Below, piece after piece: positions 19,772-31,687 of a stretch of DNA of 64,000 bases; position 1 is the first letter of the stretch, and the number at the start of each line of letters is the position of its first letter. A program made the translations under genes and the position numbers. The notes under the pieces were generated by a model. The model ran no database searches, was not told the DNA's origin, and saw only the letters and a list, made by a program, of their open reading frames with translations. The stretch is taken from assembly GCA_002269645.1 (NCBI GenBank), contig NIVC01001901.1:62001-126000 (forward strand). The letters are read 5' to 3'. The stretch comes from Macrostomum lignano (taxonomy: Eukaryota).

Positions 19772-21874
19772 ATGACCATGGATAGCGAGCACGGTCGCGA
19801 GCTGCAGAAGCAGCTAGCCGTTCACAAGAAGGTGGTCGTGGATGAGACCGTGGAGCGAATGGAAACAATTAGGCCGCCTATATACTATGACATGCCTCGA
19901 CCAGACCAATTTCTGTCCGCTGACGTCAGCCAATCGTTGCGTGATTTGATCAGCTGCCCGGAGGGCTTCTTTGGCGTCGACCATCCAAATACGGCCTGGC
20001 TGATTAACCTGCTCAAGGACACGTCTGAGTGGCGGCTGCAGAAATGCCTAGTATCGCTGCGGACCCGGCCTCTGTTTGACAACACCAAATACTATCAACT
20101 GATTGATCGGCCCACCTATTATTGGGGCAACTCCGCTAGCATGGAGAAGCCGTTGTTTAAATCCAACTCGATGCTTTATTTAAACGCATTCGGCGTTGCG
20201 CTCTATTTGAAAGTTGAAGTCGGCTGTCACAAGCTGGCGGCGGCCAAGTCGGGCAAGAACTATCTGGTCAGCGCCATTGTACCTCAGTATGCGTCCTTCG
20301 TGCACGACTGCGACTACGACTTGGTGCGCTTCAATTACGACTTCCTGTGCATGAAGCGGGAGTATTTCGACGGTTTGCACTTTCTGGCCATGACCGGCTG
20401 GAATCCGTCCAGCACCACGTTGTTCACATACAGACGCAAGTACTACCAGTTCAGTGTGCCGTTCACGGATTGGGTGGACGTTCTGCGCTACCTACTGGAA
20501 CGGAAACCTTCGTTGAACGTTGCTAGACTAGTGGACAAAATGTATCGCCTGCAGTACGTCGTGAATCCGGCGTACAACTTTAACATGATGTTTATGAAAG
20601 AGATCGGCAAAGTAATGATGGAGGCCTTCGAGCTAAAGGAGCTGACGCGTTACAACTTCAACAATCCGACCAAACTTGGTAACTATGCGGGCCGCAAGGT
20701 GCTTAAGAACAAGGAAGTGCCAGTGCCGGACGAGTATGCCACTGTGTTTTCCGACAAAGAAGGTAAACCAAAGAACCCACTGAGGCCCGTTGTGCCCAAC
20801 ATCATGTCTTACGTGCGTCGGTTGCTATCCTTTCAGTACTACTTTGATGGCAAGCACTTGTTTGCTCTGCCGCAGATCATCCGGGCTATTCTATGCTTCA
20901 AGTATCACGATTTTTTTGTCGTCTCGCAGACGGTAAAAAATTCGTGCGAAACGGACTCGACCGGTGTGCACCGGGTGTACATTGACCCGCTGATCTTTCA
21001 GATCAACTACTTTCTTAATTTGAAGTCGGATGGAATGTACCTGCGCCACAAGCAGTGGTCCAGCCACTCGGCATCCGCTGACACGGATGGCATCACTGAG
21101 GAGGAGCGGACCTGGTTCTATCGATTCGACACTTTCAACTGCCTTAGTCTGCTTGCCGGCTTGCTGCAAAACTGTCTCATCAAGAACGTGTCAGATGTCA
21201 TTGTTGAGAACGTCTGTGATCTTATTGTTCACGTGTTGGTAGATTCTGAACTCATCGAGCCCTTCTTTCGCTATTCGTATTACGATACGTACTTTGGTCT
21301 GACTAGTGTTATTAATTGTGTGCCAAACCTCATGTCCAAAACTGTGCTGCGTCTGTTAAAAAAGGCACCAATCACGCTGGTGAGCAACTTTGAGGTTACT
21401 CAACTAGCCCGCATGTTTACCATGAGCTTCTGGAAAATCAGCGCCCAGATTGACTGCGTGACGGTGCCTAAGACCATCGACGAGATGGCCACCTTCCTGC
21501 TGTGCAAGCGGCGTCGAGTCAGCATGAAGGTTGAAGGCCCAGCCACGGGCGAGGCGATGTCGGGCGCCAGCTCCATTGGTGCCGCCGGTGGAATCACCAT
21601 GTTTGTGCGCAACTACGACGACATGACGGAAATCAGCGCCGGTGACGAGAACGCCGAGCAGCCAGCCTCAGAGACCACCAAGAAACAGGACGAGGAGAGG
21701 AAGCACGTTTACGAGTACAAGCACATGGAGATAGACGCCCGCTACAGTTCCGTATTCCCTGTGTACTTCGAGGGTCTTAACAAAGTTCAGGTGAACTTGG
21801 ACGAAAACAAGATGTTCGATGATTGCATATTCGAGTCTTACTCGCAGCACATGTTGGCCCATTTGAGGAAATGA
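19772..21874 (+). CDS. Intronless ORF of about 700 aa, function unknown
   Basis: 2.1-kb stop-free non-repetitive frame; ATGACCATGG start context; no family motif recognised. Confidence 0.85.
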   Translation: MTMDSEHGRELQKQLAVHKKVVVDETVERMETIRPPIYYDMPRPDQFLSADVSQSLRDLISCPEGFFGVDHPNTAWLINLLKDTSEWRLQKCLVSLRTRPLFDNTKYYQLIDRPTYYWGNSASMEKPLFKSNSMLYLNAFGVALYLKVEVGCHKLAAAKSGKNYLVSAIVPQYASFVHDCDYDLVRFNYDFLCMKREYFDGLHFLAMTGWNPSSTTLFTYRRKYYQFSVPFTDWVDVLRYLLERKPSLNVARLVDKMYRLQYVVNPAYNFNMMFMKEIGKVMMEAFELKELTRYNFNNPTKLGNYAGRKVLKNKEVPVPDEYATVFSDKEGKPKNPLRPVVPNIMSYVRRLLSFQYYFDGKHLFALPQIIRAILCFKYHDFFVVSQTVKNSCETDSTGVHRVYIDPLIFQINYFLNLKSDGMYLRHKQWSSHSASADTDGITEEERTWFYRFDTFNCLSLLAGLLQNCLIKNVSDVIVENVCDLIVHVLVDSELIEPFFRYSYYDTYFGLTSVINCVPNLMSKTVLRLLKKAPITLVSNFEVTQLARMFTMSFWKISAQIDCVTVPKTIDEMATFLLCKRRRVSMKVEGPATGEAMSGASSIGAAGGITMFVRNYDDMTEISAGDENAEQPASETTKKQDEERKHVYEYKHMEIDARYSSVFPVYFEGLNKVQVNLDENKMFDDCIFESYSQHMLAHLRK

Positions 21875-22891
21875 GGAACTCATAGCCAGTGAGTATAATC
21901 TATCATCTGAAGTACGAATTAAGAAGTACAAGTACGACATGTAAGACTATAAATATTGGATGCTTAATGCTGAAAAGTTTTGCAAATGTTTTTGTTGTAA
22001 TATGAGCTTTTTAGTTTTTTTCATCGGCTTTCAGCTCAGCTTCTTAGTGTGATTTTTCATGCATTACGGTAGTTTTGCATTCAAATTTTGCAGTAAATAG
22101 TATTTAATCTGAAAATGCTATCATTTACTGCCTCACATATTTATTTTACCTAATTTAATTTTGCCAATGCAGAACATGTTTTTTGTATTTATAAAGCTTC
22201 TTATACTCGTAACTTTACAAATGTATTTCTGCATGCATATGGTTATCTGTACTTTTGGTAAATAAAAAGAAATACTAACGGCTATCACTATCAGTATGGG
22301 TGGATACAGTGCTTCCACTTTCACTTTCGCCCAAGCTAGCTACTGAAATTTCAATAGCTCTTTCTTAGTATTTTAATCGAATCGAATCACATACACTGTA
22401 CGTCTGTAAAACCTGCGTGGTAGGAATAAGAAGGTTTATGATTTATGTACGATCCAGATTTGATGTGGGTAGATGAGGAGTTTTCGAATTCGCACATCAG
22501 GTACGTACATATCCATCTCTGTATACTTGTGTCTTGTACTCGTACTTATTCTGTACTATCATTAGAAAAAGAGCTGCCGAAAAGACTAATAACACTAAAA
22601 TCTACATTTACATAGCTAACTTTCTATTTTGAACTTTTTTCTTAGAATTTATAGCTTATTGTTTTATTAAGGTAGCCGAAAACTTTTTTGAGTGCTCAAA
22701 TTTAAAACAGTATTTTTCAGAAAAAAGGTACTGGCCACTACTGTGTCGTTCGTTATCACTGTCCATTCAATCGGTTTGTAATTAGTTTATCTAACAATCG
22801 ATTGTCTTTTAAACAACTCAGAAAGATACTCTTAATTTCTGTTTTATTTTCTGTTATTTATTTATCTATTTCCACTTGTATTCGAGCGGAA

Positions 22892-25288
22892 ATGTTGCGC
22901 GCAAGTTTTGGTCTTTTAAATCTTCAGAAGGGACTCTTTCTGGTAAGCGAAACGTAAGGTGACAGATATAAAAAGATAACCAAGTGACTAGAATTAAATA
23001 GTTTTTGTTTTCCAGTTCAGCAATTCTTATGCTTGGTAATTCTTGACTAGGCCTATTTGTTCTCATTCCAGTTACGACTAGATAACTTAATATTTATATT
23101 ATAATGCCATGGGAAACAATACAGAAATAGTAAATTTCTAACAACCCTAAAATATATAAAACAATGCATTTTAACTTAAGCAACAAAAGTTAACAATGTT
23201 TTGTTATGCTTTGTTTTGCTATTTGCATTTTAATTTATTTGCAGTTTTGCACCTGTAAACCAAAAATATAGGCTTAACAAAAAAACAACACCTAACTAGG
23301 AGCTAAAAAGTATAAAGATTTGTATTCTTATATAATAGACAATAATATAGTAATAAGCTATCTAGGACAAGAAAAAGGCTAGGCCCATAATAATAAAAAA
23401 AGTAATAAAGTAATAAAAAATATTTAGGAGTATTTTATTTTTAGCTTAAATATATATTTTAAATATACTTTATATAATATATGACAAATCAAAAAAATAT
23501 TAATATAATTATAACAATTGCTTTAGAATAAGAAAGATAAAAGCATTAAGCAACAAATAACAGCAAGTATTATTTTGTATAAATTGAATGATATAAAATC
23601 TCAATTTAATTTGACATTTCTAAAAAAACAAAAAATCTTTTATACTTATATGACTTACTCCTATTTTTTTAAATATGATTTTTTGCATTGTAATACTAAT
23701 ACTAATTACATTTTTAACAAAATCTTTTTCCTGAGATACTAATTTAGCTTGCTAGTCAATTATGCTTTCTGGCAGAAGCCAATGCAAGCTCAAAAATTTA
23801 CCAAAATTTTGCTTTTCTTTGCTAAAAAATCTCTAAGAAAACTAGCCACCTTTTGAACTATTATGTGCAATACTTGATCTAATTGTATAATAGATAAAAT
23901 AATCCTAACTTTGCATAACCTCCAATTTAAGCCATCATATAAAATCATAGGAAATCTGCATCTCTAACTCTGAACTTGCACTTACAAATATTTACTAAAC
24001 AATATAGATTTTTACATTGCTTTGGCTAAATAGGCTTTTTTGCCTAAGCCACTTAATACTACTACTACTACTACTACCACTACTAGTCTACAGTCTTCAA
24101 GTTTACAAGTACAAGTTGTGTACCTTTGAAAACCAGTTATCCTACAAGTCACCCCAGAAAATTTCTGCTAAACCCTGCAAAATAAAGCCTTACCCTAAAA
24201 AGGGGAGCTTTCCAAAAACACTGTTATATGCAAAGAATCTTGCTTCTACTTAATTATCCTATTAACCAACTATAGTAAACAAGTCAGAGTAAATAGATGA
24301 TTGATCCAAAATATTTCCTAATTGATGGGGATAAACTGGGAGTTCTGCAAATATGAAATCTGCACCCGAACAAGTGCATAGTCTATTTATACTAATTAAA
24401 TAATGTTCATTCCCATCTGATAACCCAAACAGTCTGGAAGGAGTCGCCTAGCCAGCAGTCTGGTGATAGTTGAGCATGACAATGCCAAACTGAACCCAGC
24501 CACTCTGCATGCGGTTACTGCCGCAGCCAAGCTCTCTGGCAGTGGAGGCGACGTCACCTGTCTTGTTGCTGGGCACGGATGCTCACCTGTGGCTAAGGCT
24601 GCTGCTCAGGTAAGAATTCTACAATTCTATCATTCTACACTAATTATTATAATATACCTTTCTGAAGTTCAAAAGTATTTTTCGCGTGGAGCCAGCCTGA
24701 GGAGAATAACATATCTTTCTAAGAAACGTACTTTCCCCTCCTCCTCCCAGATTTTCTCATATCCCTGAGAATTTCTCACAGTTGTGGAAAATGCCTCCTC
24801 CTCCCCCACGGCAGGTCGCCGGAGTCAAACGCGTCCTGCTGGCCGACTCCGATGCATTCAAAGGTTTCCTGCCCGAAGCCCTCGCCCCCCTCATCGTGGC
24901 CTGCCAGTCCAAGCTGCAGTTCAGCCACATTGTCAGCTCGGCCACTGCGCTCGGCAAGTCGCTGCTGCCGCGCGTCGCCGCTAAATTGGACGTCGCCGCC
25001 GTCTCCGACGTTATCGACGTCAAATCTGAGGACACCTTTGTCCGGCCTGTGTACGCTGGCAACGCTCTGCAGACCGTCAAGTCGCTCGACAAGGTCAAGT
25101 GCATCACCGTTCGGGGCACCGCCTTTGAAGCTGCCGCAGAAACTGGCGGCTCGGCCGGCGAGGAGGCCGCGCCCGGTGCCGACGGGGTGACCAACTCCGT
25201 CAGTAAGTTTATTGGACAGGTAAGTTACAGCTGACTGACTGACTGACTGACTGACTGACTGACTGACTGACTTGAGTGAGTGGGTGAT

Positions 25289-25320
<32 letters not shown>

Positions 25321-26260
25321 TGACTGACTGACTGACTTGAGTGAGTGGGTGATTGACTGACTGACTGACTGACTGGCTGACTGGCTGACTGACTGACTGA
25401 CTGGCTGACTGACTGACTGACTGACTGACTGACTGACTGACTGACTGACTGACTGACTGACTGACTGACTGACTGACTGACTGACTGACTGACTGACTTG
25501 AGTGAGTGGGTGATTGACTGACTGACTGACTGACTGACTGACTGACTGACTTGAGTGAGTGGGTGATTGATTGACTGACTGACTGACTGACTGACTGACT
25601 GACTGACTGACTTGAGTGAGTGGGTGATTGACTGACTGACTGACTGACTGACTGACTGACTGACCCAACTCACAGCACACAGCGTTATTAAAGCACTAGA
25701 AATTCATTTTAGTTTGAAGCCATAGGTTTTCTCTGTGCTTTTTTATATGCTTCATCTTAAAAAACGCACTTTTAAGGCTGCATTCAATTGTTGGACAACC
25801 GCATTAAGGCTGTAAGTATTTTACACCTGACAACCCATCACCCGAGAGCTCTCTCCCTCCCCACCCTCAGGAGCTGAGCAAGAGCGACCGACCTGAGCTG
25901 TCCAGCGCCAAGGTGGTTGTGTCCGGCGGCCGTGGCCTGAAGTCCGGCGACAACTTCCAGCTGCTGTACGAGCTCGCCGGCAAGATGAACGCCGCCGTTG
26001 GCGCTAGCCGGGCCGCTGTGGACGCCGGCTTCGTGCCGAATGACATGCAGATCGGCCAGACCGGCAAGATCGTCGCCCCGGACCTGTACATCGCAGTTGG
26101 CATCTCGGGCGCGATCCAGCACCTGGCCGGCATGAAGGACAGCAAAGTGATTGTCGCTATTAACAAAGACCCCGAGGCGCCAATATTTCAGGTGGCCGAC
26201 TACGGCTTGGTTGCCGACCTGTTCAAAGCCGTGCCCGAGATGACCAAACTGCTCAACTGA
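22892..26260 (+). CDS. ETFA: Electron transfer flavoprotein subunit alpha (about 340 aa). Exons 22892-22942, 24433-24609, 24815-25219, 25871-26260
   Basis: [61 protein letters not shown] and [12 protein letters not shown]. All introns are phase 0 GT-AG. Exon 1 ([17 protein letters not shown]|GTAAGC) is inferred as the mitochondrial presequence and is less certain. Confidence 0.95.
25230..25663. repeat. (GACT)n microsatellite with interspersed TGAGTGAGTGGGTGAT blocks, ETFA intron 3
   Basis: Read directly. Confidence 0.95.
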
Positions 26261-26644
26261 CCGGCTGCTGACTACTAACCAGTGTGCGACTCGATTCAAA
26301 TCTATTATTATCGACGTCATTTCTTAATCTGCGTATTTTTTTAAGTTCAAACATTTTCATTATCTTAATTCCATCATAAAATTATATTGAAATTCGGGTT
26401 CGATTAATTTCATGCCATTGATTACTGTAGCTCTGGCCCAGTGTGCGTCTGTTTGATTTGTCTTTAGTAAATTGTTAATTATTATTATTATGAATTAAAG
26501 TTATTTCTTATCGAAACTAGCAATACCTTGCTATAGTGTCTGTTTATTGTTTCGTATTTACAAATTAGTGCCTATATTAGACCCAGAATGTGCAAGCACT
26601 AGGCAAGAAAATAGAAATGCTTAGTCTATCCTAACTCGTAGCAT

Positions 26645-29600
26645 ACAGTATCATACCTAGAATCACTGCCAGTGTCATACCTATAATCACTCCCAGTATC
26701 ATACCTAGAATCACTCCCAGTATCATACCTAGAATCACTGCCAGTGTCATACCTATAATCACTCCCAGTATCATACCTAGAATCACTCCCAGTATCATAC
26801 CTAGAATCACTCCCAGTGTCATACCTAGAATCACTCCCAGTATCATACCTAGAATCACTGCCAGTATCATACCTAAAATCACTGCCTGTATAACACCTAA
26901 AATCACTGCCAGTATCATACCTAAAATCACTGCCAGTATCATACCTAAAATCACTGCCAGTATCATACCTAGAATCACTCCCAGTATCATACCTAGAATC
27001 ACTGCCAGTATCATACCTAAAATCACTCCCTGTATAACACCTAAAATCACTGCCAGTATCATACCTAAAATCACTGCCAGTATCATACCTAAAATCACTG
27101 CCAGTATCATACCTAAAATCACTGCCAGTATCATACCTAAAATCACTGCCAGTATCATACCTAAAATCACTCCCTGTATAACACCTAAAATCACTGCCAG
27201 TATCATACCTAAAATCACTGCCAGTATCATACCTAAAATCACTGCCAGTATCATACCTAAAATCACTGCCAGTATCATACCTAAAATCACTGCCAGTATC
27301 ATACCTAGAATCACTCCCAGTATCATACCTAGAATCACTCCCAGTATCATACCTAGAATCACTCCCAGTATCATACCTAGAATCACTCCCAGTATCATAC
27401 CTAGAATCACTGCCAGTATCATACCTAAAATCACTGCCAGTATCATACCTAAAATCACTGCCAGTATCATACCTAAAATCACTGCCAGTATCATACCTAA
27501 AATCACTGCCAGTATCATACTTAAAATCACTGCCAGTATCATACCTAGAATCACTGCCAGTATCATACCTAGAATCACTCCCAGTATCATACCTAAAATC
27601 ACTCCCTGTATAACACCTAAAATCACTGCCAGTATCATACCTAAAATCACTGCCAGTATCATACCTAAAATCACTGCCAGTATCATACCTAAAATCACTG
27701 CCAGTATCATACCTAAAATCACTCCCTGTATAACACCTAAAATCACTGCCAGTATCATACCTAAAATCACTGCCAGTATCATACCTAAAATCACTGCCAG
27801 TATCATACCTAAAATCACTGCCAGTATCATACCTAAAATCACTGCCAGTATCATACCTAGAATCACTCCCAGTATCATACCTAGAATCACTCCCAGTATC
27901 ATACCTAGAATCACTCCCAGTATCATACCTAGAATCACTCCCAGTATCATACCTAGAATCACTGCCAGTATCATACCTAAAATCACTCTCTGTATAACAC
28001 CTAAAATCACTGCCAGTATCATACCTAAAATCACTCCCAGTATAATACCTAAAATCACTGCCAGTATCATACCTAAAATCACTGCCAGTATCATACCTAA
28101 AATCACTGCCAGTATCATACCTAAAATCACTGCCAGTATCATACTTAAAATCACTGCCAGTATCATACCTAGAATCACTCCCAGTATCATACCTAGAATC
28201 ACTCCCAGTATCATACCTAAAATCACTGCCAGTATCATACCTAGAATCACTGCCAGTATCATACCTAAAATCACTGCCAGTATCATACCTAGAATCGCTC
28301 CCAGTATCATACCTAGAATCATTGCCAGTATCATACCTAAAATCACTCCCAGTATCATACCTAGAATCACTCCCAGTATCATACCTAGAATCACTCCCAG
28401 TATCATACCTAGAATCACTGCCAGTATCATACCTAAAATCACTGCCAGTATCATACCTAGAATCACTCCCAGTATCATACCTAGAATCACTGCCAGTATC
28501 ATACCTAAAATCACTCCCAGTATCATACCTAAAATCACTCCCAGTATCATACCCAGAATCACCCCCAGTATAATACCTAAAATCACTGCCAGTATCATAC
28601 CTAAAATCACTCCCAGTATCATACCCAGAATCACCCCCAGTATAATACCTAAAATCACTGCCAGTATCATACCTAAAATCACTCCCAGTATTATACCTAA
28701 AATCACTCCCAGTATCATACCTAGAATCACTCCCAGTATCATACCTAAAATCACTCCCAGTATCATACCTAGAATCACTCCCAGTATCATACCTAGAATC
28801 ACTCCCAGTATCATACCTAAAATCACTCCCAGTATCATACCTAAAATCACTCCCAGTATCATACCCAGAATCACCCCCAGTATAATACCTAAAATCACTG
28901 CCAGTATCATACCTAAAATCACTCCCAGTATTATACCTAAAATCACTCCCAGTATCATACCTAGAATCACTCCCAGTATCATACCTAAAATCACTCCCAG
29001 TATCATACCTAAAATCACTCCCAGTATCATACCTAAAATCACTACCAGTATCATACCTAGAATCACTCCCAGTATCATACCTAGAATCACTCCCAGTATC
29101 ATACCTAGAATCACTCCCAGTATCATACCTAGAATCACTGCCAGTATCATACCTAAAATCACTCCCAGTATCATACCTAAAATCACTCCCAGTATCATAC
29201 CCAGAATCACCCCCAGTATAATACCTAAAATCACTGCCAGTATCATACCTAAAATCACCCCCAGTATCATACCTAGAATCACTCCCAGTATCATACCTAG
29301 AATCACTCCCAGTATCATACCTAAAATCACCCCCAGTATCATACCTAGAATCACTCCCAGTATCATACCTAGAATCACCCCCAGTATCATACCTAGAATC
29401 ACTCCCAGTATCATACCTAAAATCACTCCCAGTATCATACCTAGAATCACTCCCAGTATCATACCTAGAATCACTCCCAGTATCATACCTAAAATCACCC
29501 CCAGTATCATACCTAGAATCACTGCCAGTATCATACCTAGAATCACTCCCAGTATCATACCTAGAATCACTCCCAGTATCATACCTAAAATCACTCCCAG

Positions 29601-29665
29601 TATCATACCTAAAATCACCCCCAGTATCATACCTAAAATCACCCTGTATAACACCTAAAATCACC
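26645..29665. repeat. 24-bp minisatellite (CAGTATCATACCTA[G/A]AATCACT[C/G]C), about 125 copies, 3 kb
   Basis: Constant 24-bp period with recurring variant blocks. Confidence 0.95.
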
Positions 29666-30221
29666 CCAGTATCATATATTTCAGCTGGCATGCTTACAGC
29701 ACTATGATACAAATGTTTAACTTTAGTGAATCATGCCGCTATCACTATTTCAGCCAATCAAGAAACAATGAGCCTGGACTATGGTAGAAAGCGCAGACTG
29801 AATCGGTTGAACAGTCAAGAGGGGTGAGAGTTTGCGCATTGCTATAGTGAGCTGACTTAGTAGTCCATAATACTTGATGTTGTTAATGTAGCTGTGCTTA
29901 GTACACATAATTTATTTAGTTTATACCTGAGCACCATAACCCGTGTGACCTCTGCCAGCTTATATGTATGCTTTGATGGTTTTGGCACCGTAACTACTTT
30001 ACATTCTCGTTAATTAAATGACCTATACTTTCAGTTGCACTGCGCCCGCATGTCTTGCTACATGTAGATGCTATTGTCGTCGCCACCCGTTTGTTGTTGT
30101 GTATTGCTTTGTAAGTATAGCTTTTGTGTGCGTTTTTTATTGCTTTTTTTCTAACAGACTGACCTGTTCACTTTTTATTAAAACAATTCTAATGCTTAAG
30201 TAGAATTTGCGAAGCCTAAAT

Positions 30222-31497
30222 AATCTCAGTGTCAGGGGAGCTGTGCCCCCCATCTCAGTGTCAGGGGAGCTGTGCCCCCCATCTCAGTGTCAGGGGAGCT
30301 GTGCCCCCCCCCCCCCCAATCTCAGTGTCAGGGGAGCTGTGCCCCCCATCTCAGTGTGTCAGGGGAGCTGTGCCCCCCATCTCAGTGTGTCAGGGGAGCT
30401 GTGCCCCCCATCTCAGTGTGTCAGGGGAGCTGTGCCCCCCATCTCAGTGTGTCAGGGGAGCTGTGCCCCCCATCTCAGTGTCAGGGGAGCTGTGCCCCCC
30501 ATCTCAGTGTCAGGGGAGCTGTGCCCCCCATCTCAGTGTCAGGGGAGCTGTGCCCCCCATCTCAGTGTCAGGGGAGCTGTGCCCCCCATCTCAGTGTCAG
30601 GGGAGCTGTGCCCCCCAATCTCAGTGTCAGAGGAGCTGTGCCCCCCATCTCAGTGTCAGGGGAGCTGTGCCCCCCATCTCAGTGTGTCAGGGGAGCTGTG
30701 CCCCCCATCTCAGTGTCAATGGAGCTGTGCCCCCCATCTCAGTGGCAGGGGAGCTGTGCCCCCCATCTCAGTGTCAGGGGAGCTGTGCCCCCCATCTCAG
30801 TGTCAGGGGAGCTGTGCGTCCCATCTCAGTATCAGGGGAGCTGTGCCCCCATCTCAGTCTCAGGCGGGCTGTGCCCCCATCTCAGTGTCAGGGGAGCTGT
30901 GCCCCCCATCTCAGTGTGTCAGGGGAGCTGTGCCCCCCCATCTCAGTGTCAGGGGAGCTGTGCCCCCCATCTCAGTGGCAGGGGAGCTGTGCCCCCCATC
31001 TCAGTGTCAGGGGAGCTGTGCCCCCCATCTCAGTGTCAGGGGAGCTGTGCCCCCCATCTCAGTATCAGGGGAGCTGTGCCCCCCATCTCAGTGTCAGGGG
31101 AGCTGTGCCCCCCATCTCAGTGTGTCAGGGGAGCTGTGCCTCCCATCTCAGTGTCAGGGGAGCTGTGCCCCCCATCTCAGTGTGTCAGGGGAGCTGTGCC
31201 CCCCATCTCAGTGTCAGGGGAGCTGTGCCCCCCATCTCAGTGTCAGGGGAGCTGTGCCCCCCATCTCAGTGTCAGGGGAGCTGTGCCCCCCATCTCAGTG
31301 TCAGGGGAGCTGTGCCCCCCATCTCAGTGTGTCAGGGGAGCTGTGCCCCCCATCTCAGTGTCAGGGGAGCTGTGCCCCCCATCTCAGTGTGTCAGGGGAG
31401 CTGTGCCCCCCATCTCAGTGTGTCAGGGGAGCTGTGCCCCCCAATCTCAGTGTCAGGGGAGCTGTGCCCCCCATCTCAGTGTCAATGGAGCTGTGCC
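30222..31497. repeat. 29/31-bp minisatellite (ATCTCAGTGTCAGGGGAGCTGTGCCCCCC)
   Basis: Read directly. May lie in a 5'-UTR intron of hexokinase (donor-like GTAAGT at 30111, acceptor at 31671). Confidence 0.95.
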
Positions 31498-31687
31498 TTA
31501 ATTGACAAAGCCCCTTGGTTGTTTCACTGTTAATCTCTGGGTTGATATTTGTTTATCAGCTTGATAATCTGGGCAGTCTATACATGTATTGCTCAAGTAT
31601 GCAATAGCAGACGTTGCAGAGCAGCTGTGTAAGATCATCTATCATATTGGATACAAAAATTGTATTTGCAGAAGGAATTACGAGTTC

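Noticed and set aside
26631-29654. 1007-aa MILGVILG ORF, plus other long ORFs in arrays (2514-3215, 15017-15943, 30207-31533, 33464-34252, 34826-36351, 40237-41085, 43625-44847, 50412-52255, 53287-54330, 59304-60065, 60653-62528)
   Set aside because: They are translations of stop-free tandem repeats, mostly lying within introns defined by conserved exons.
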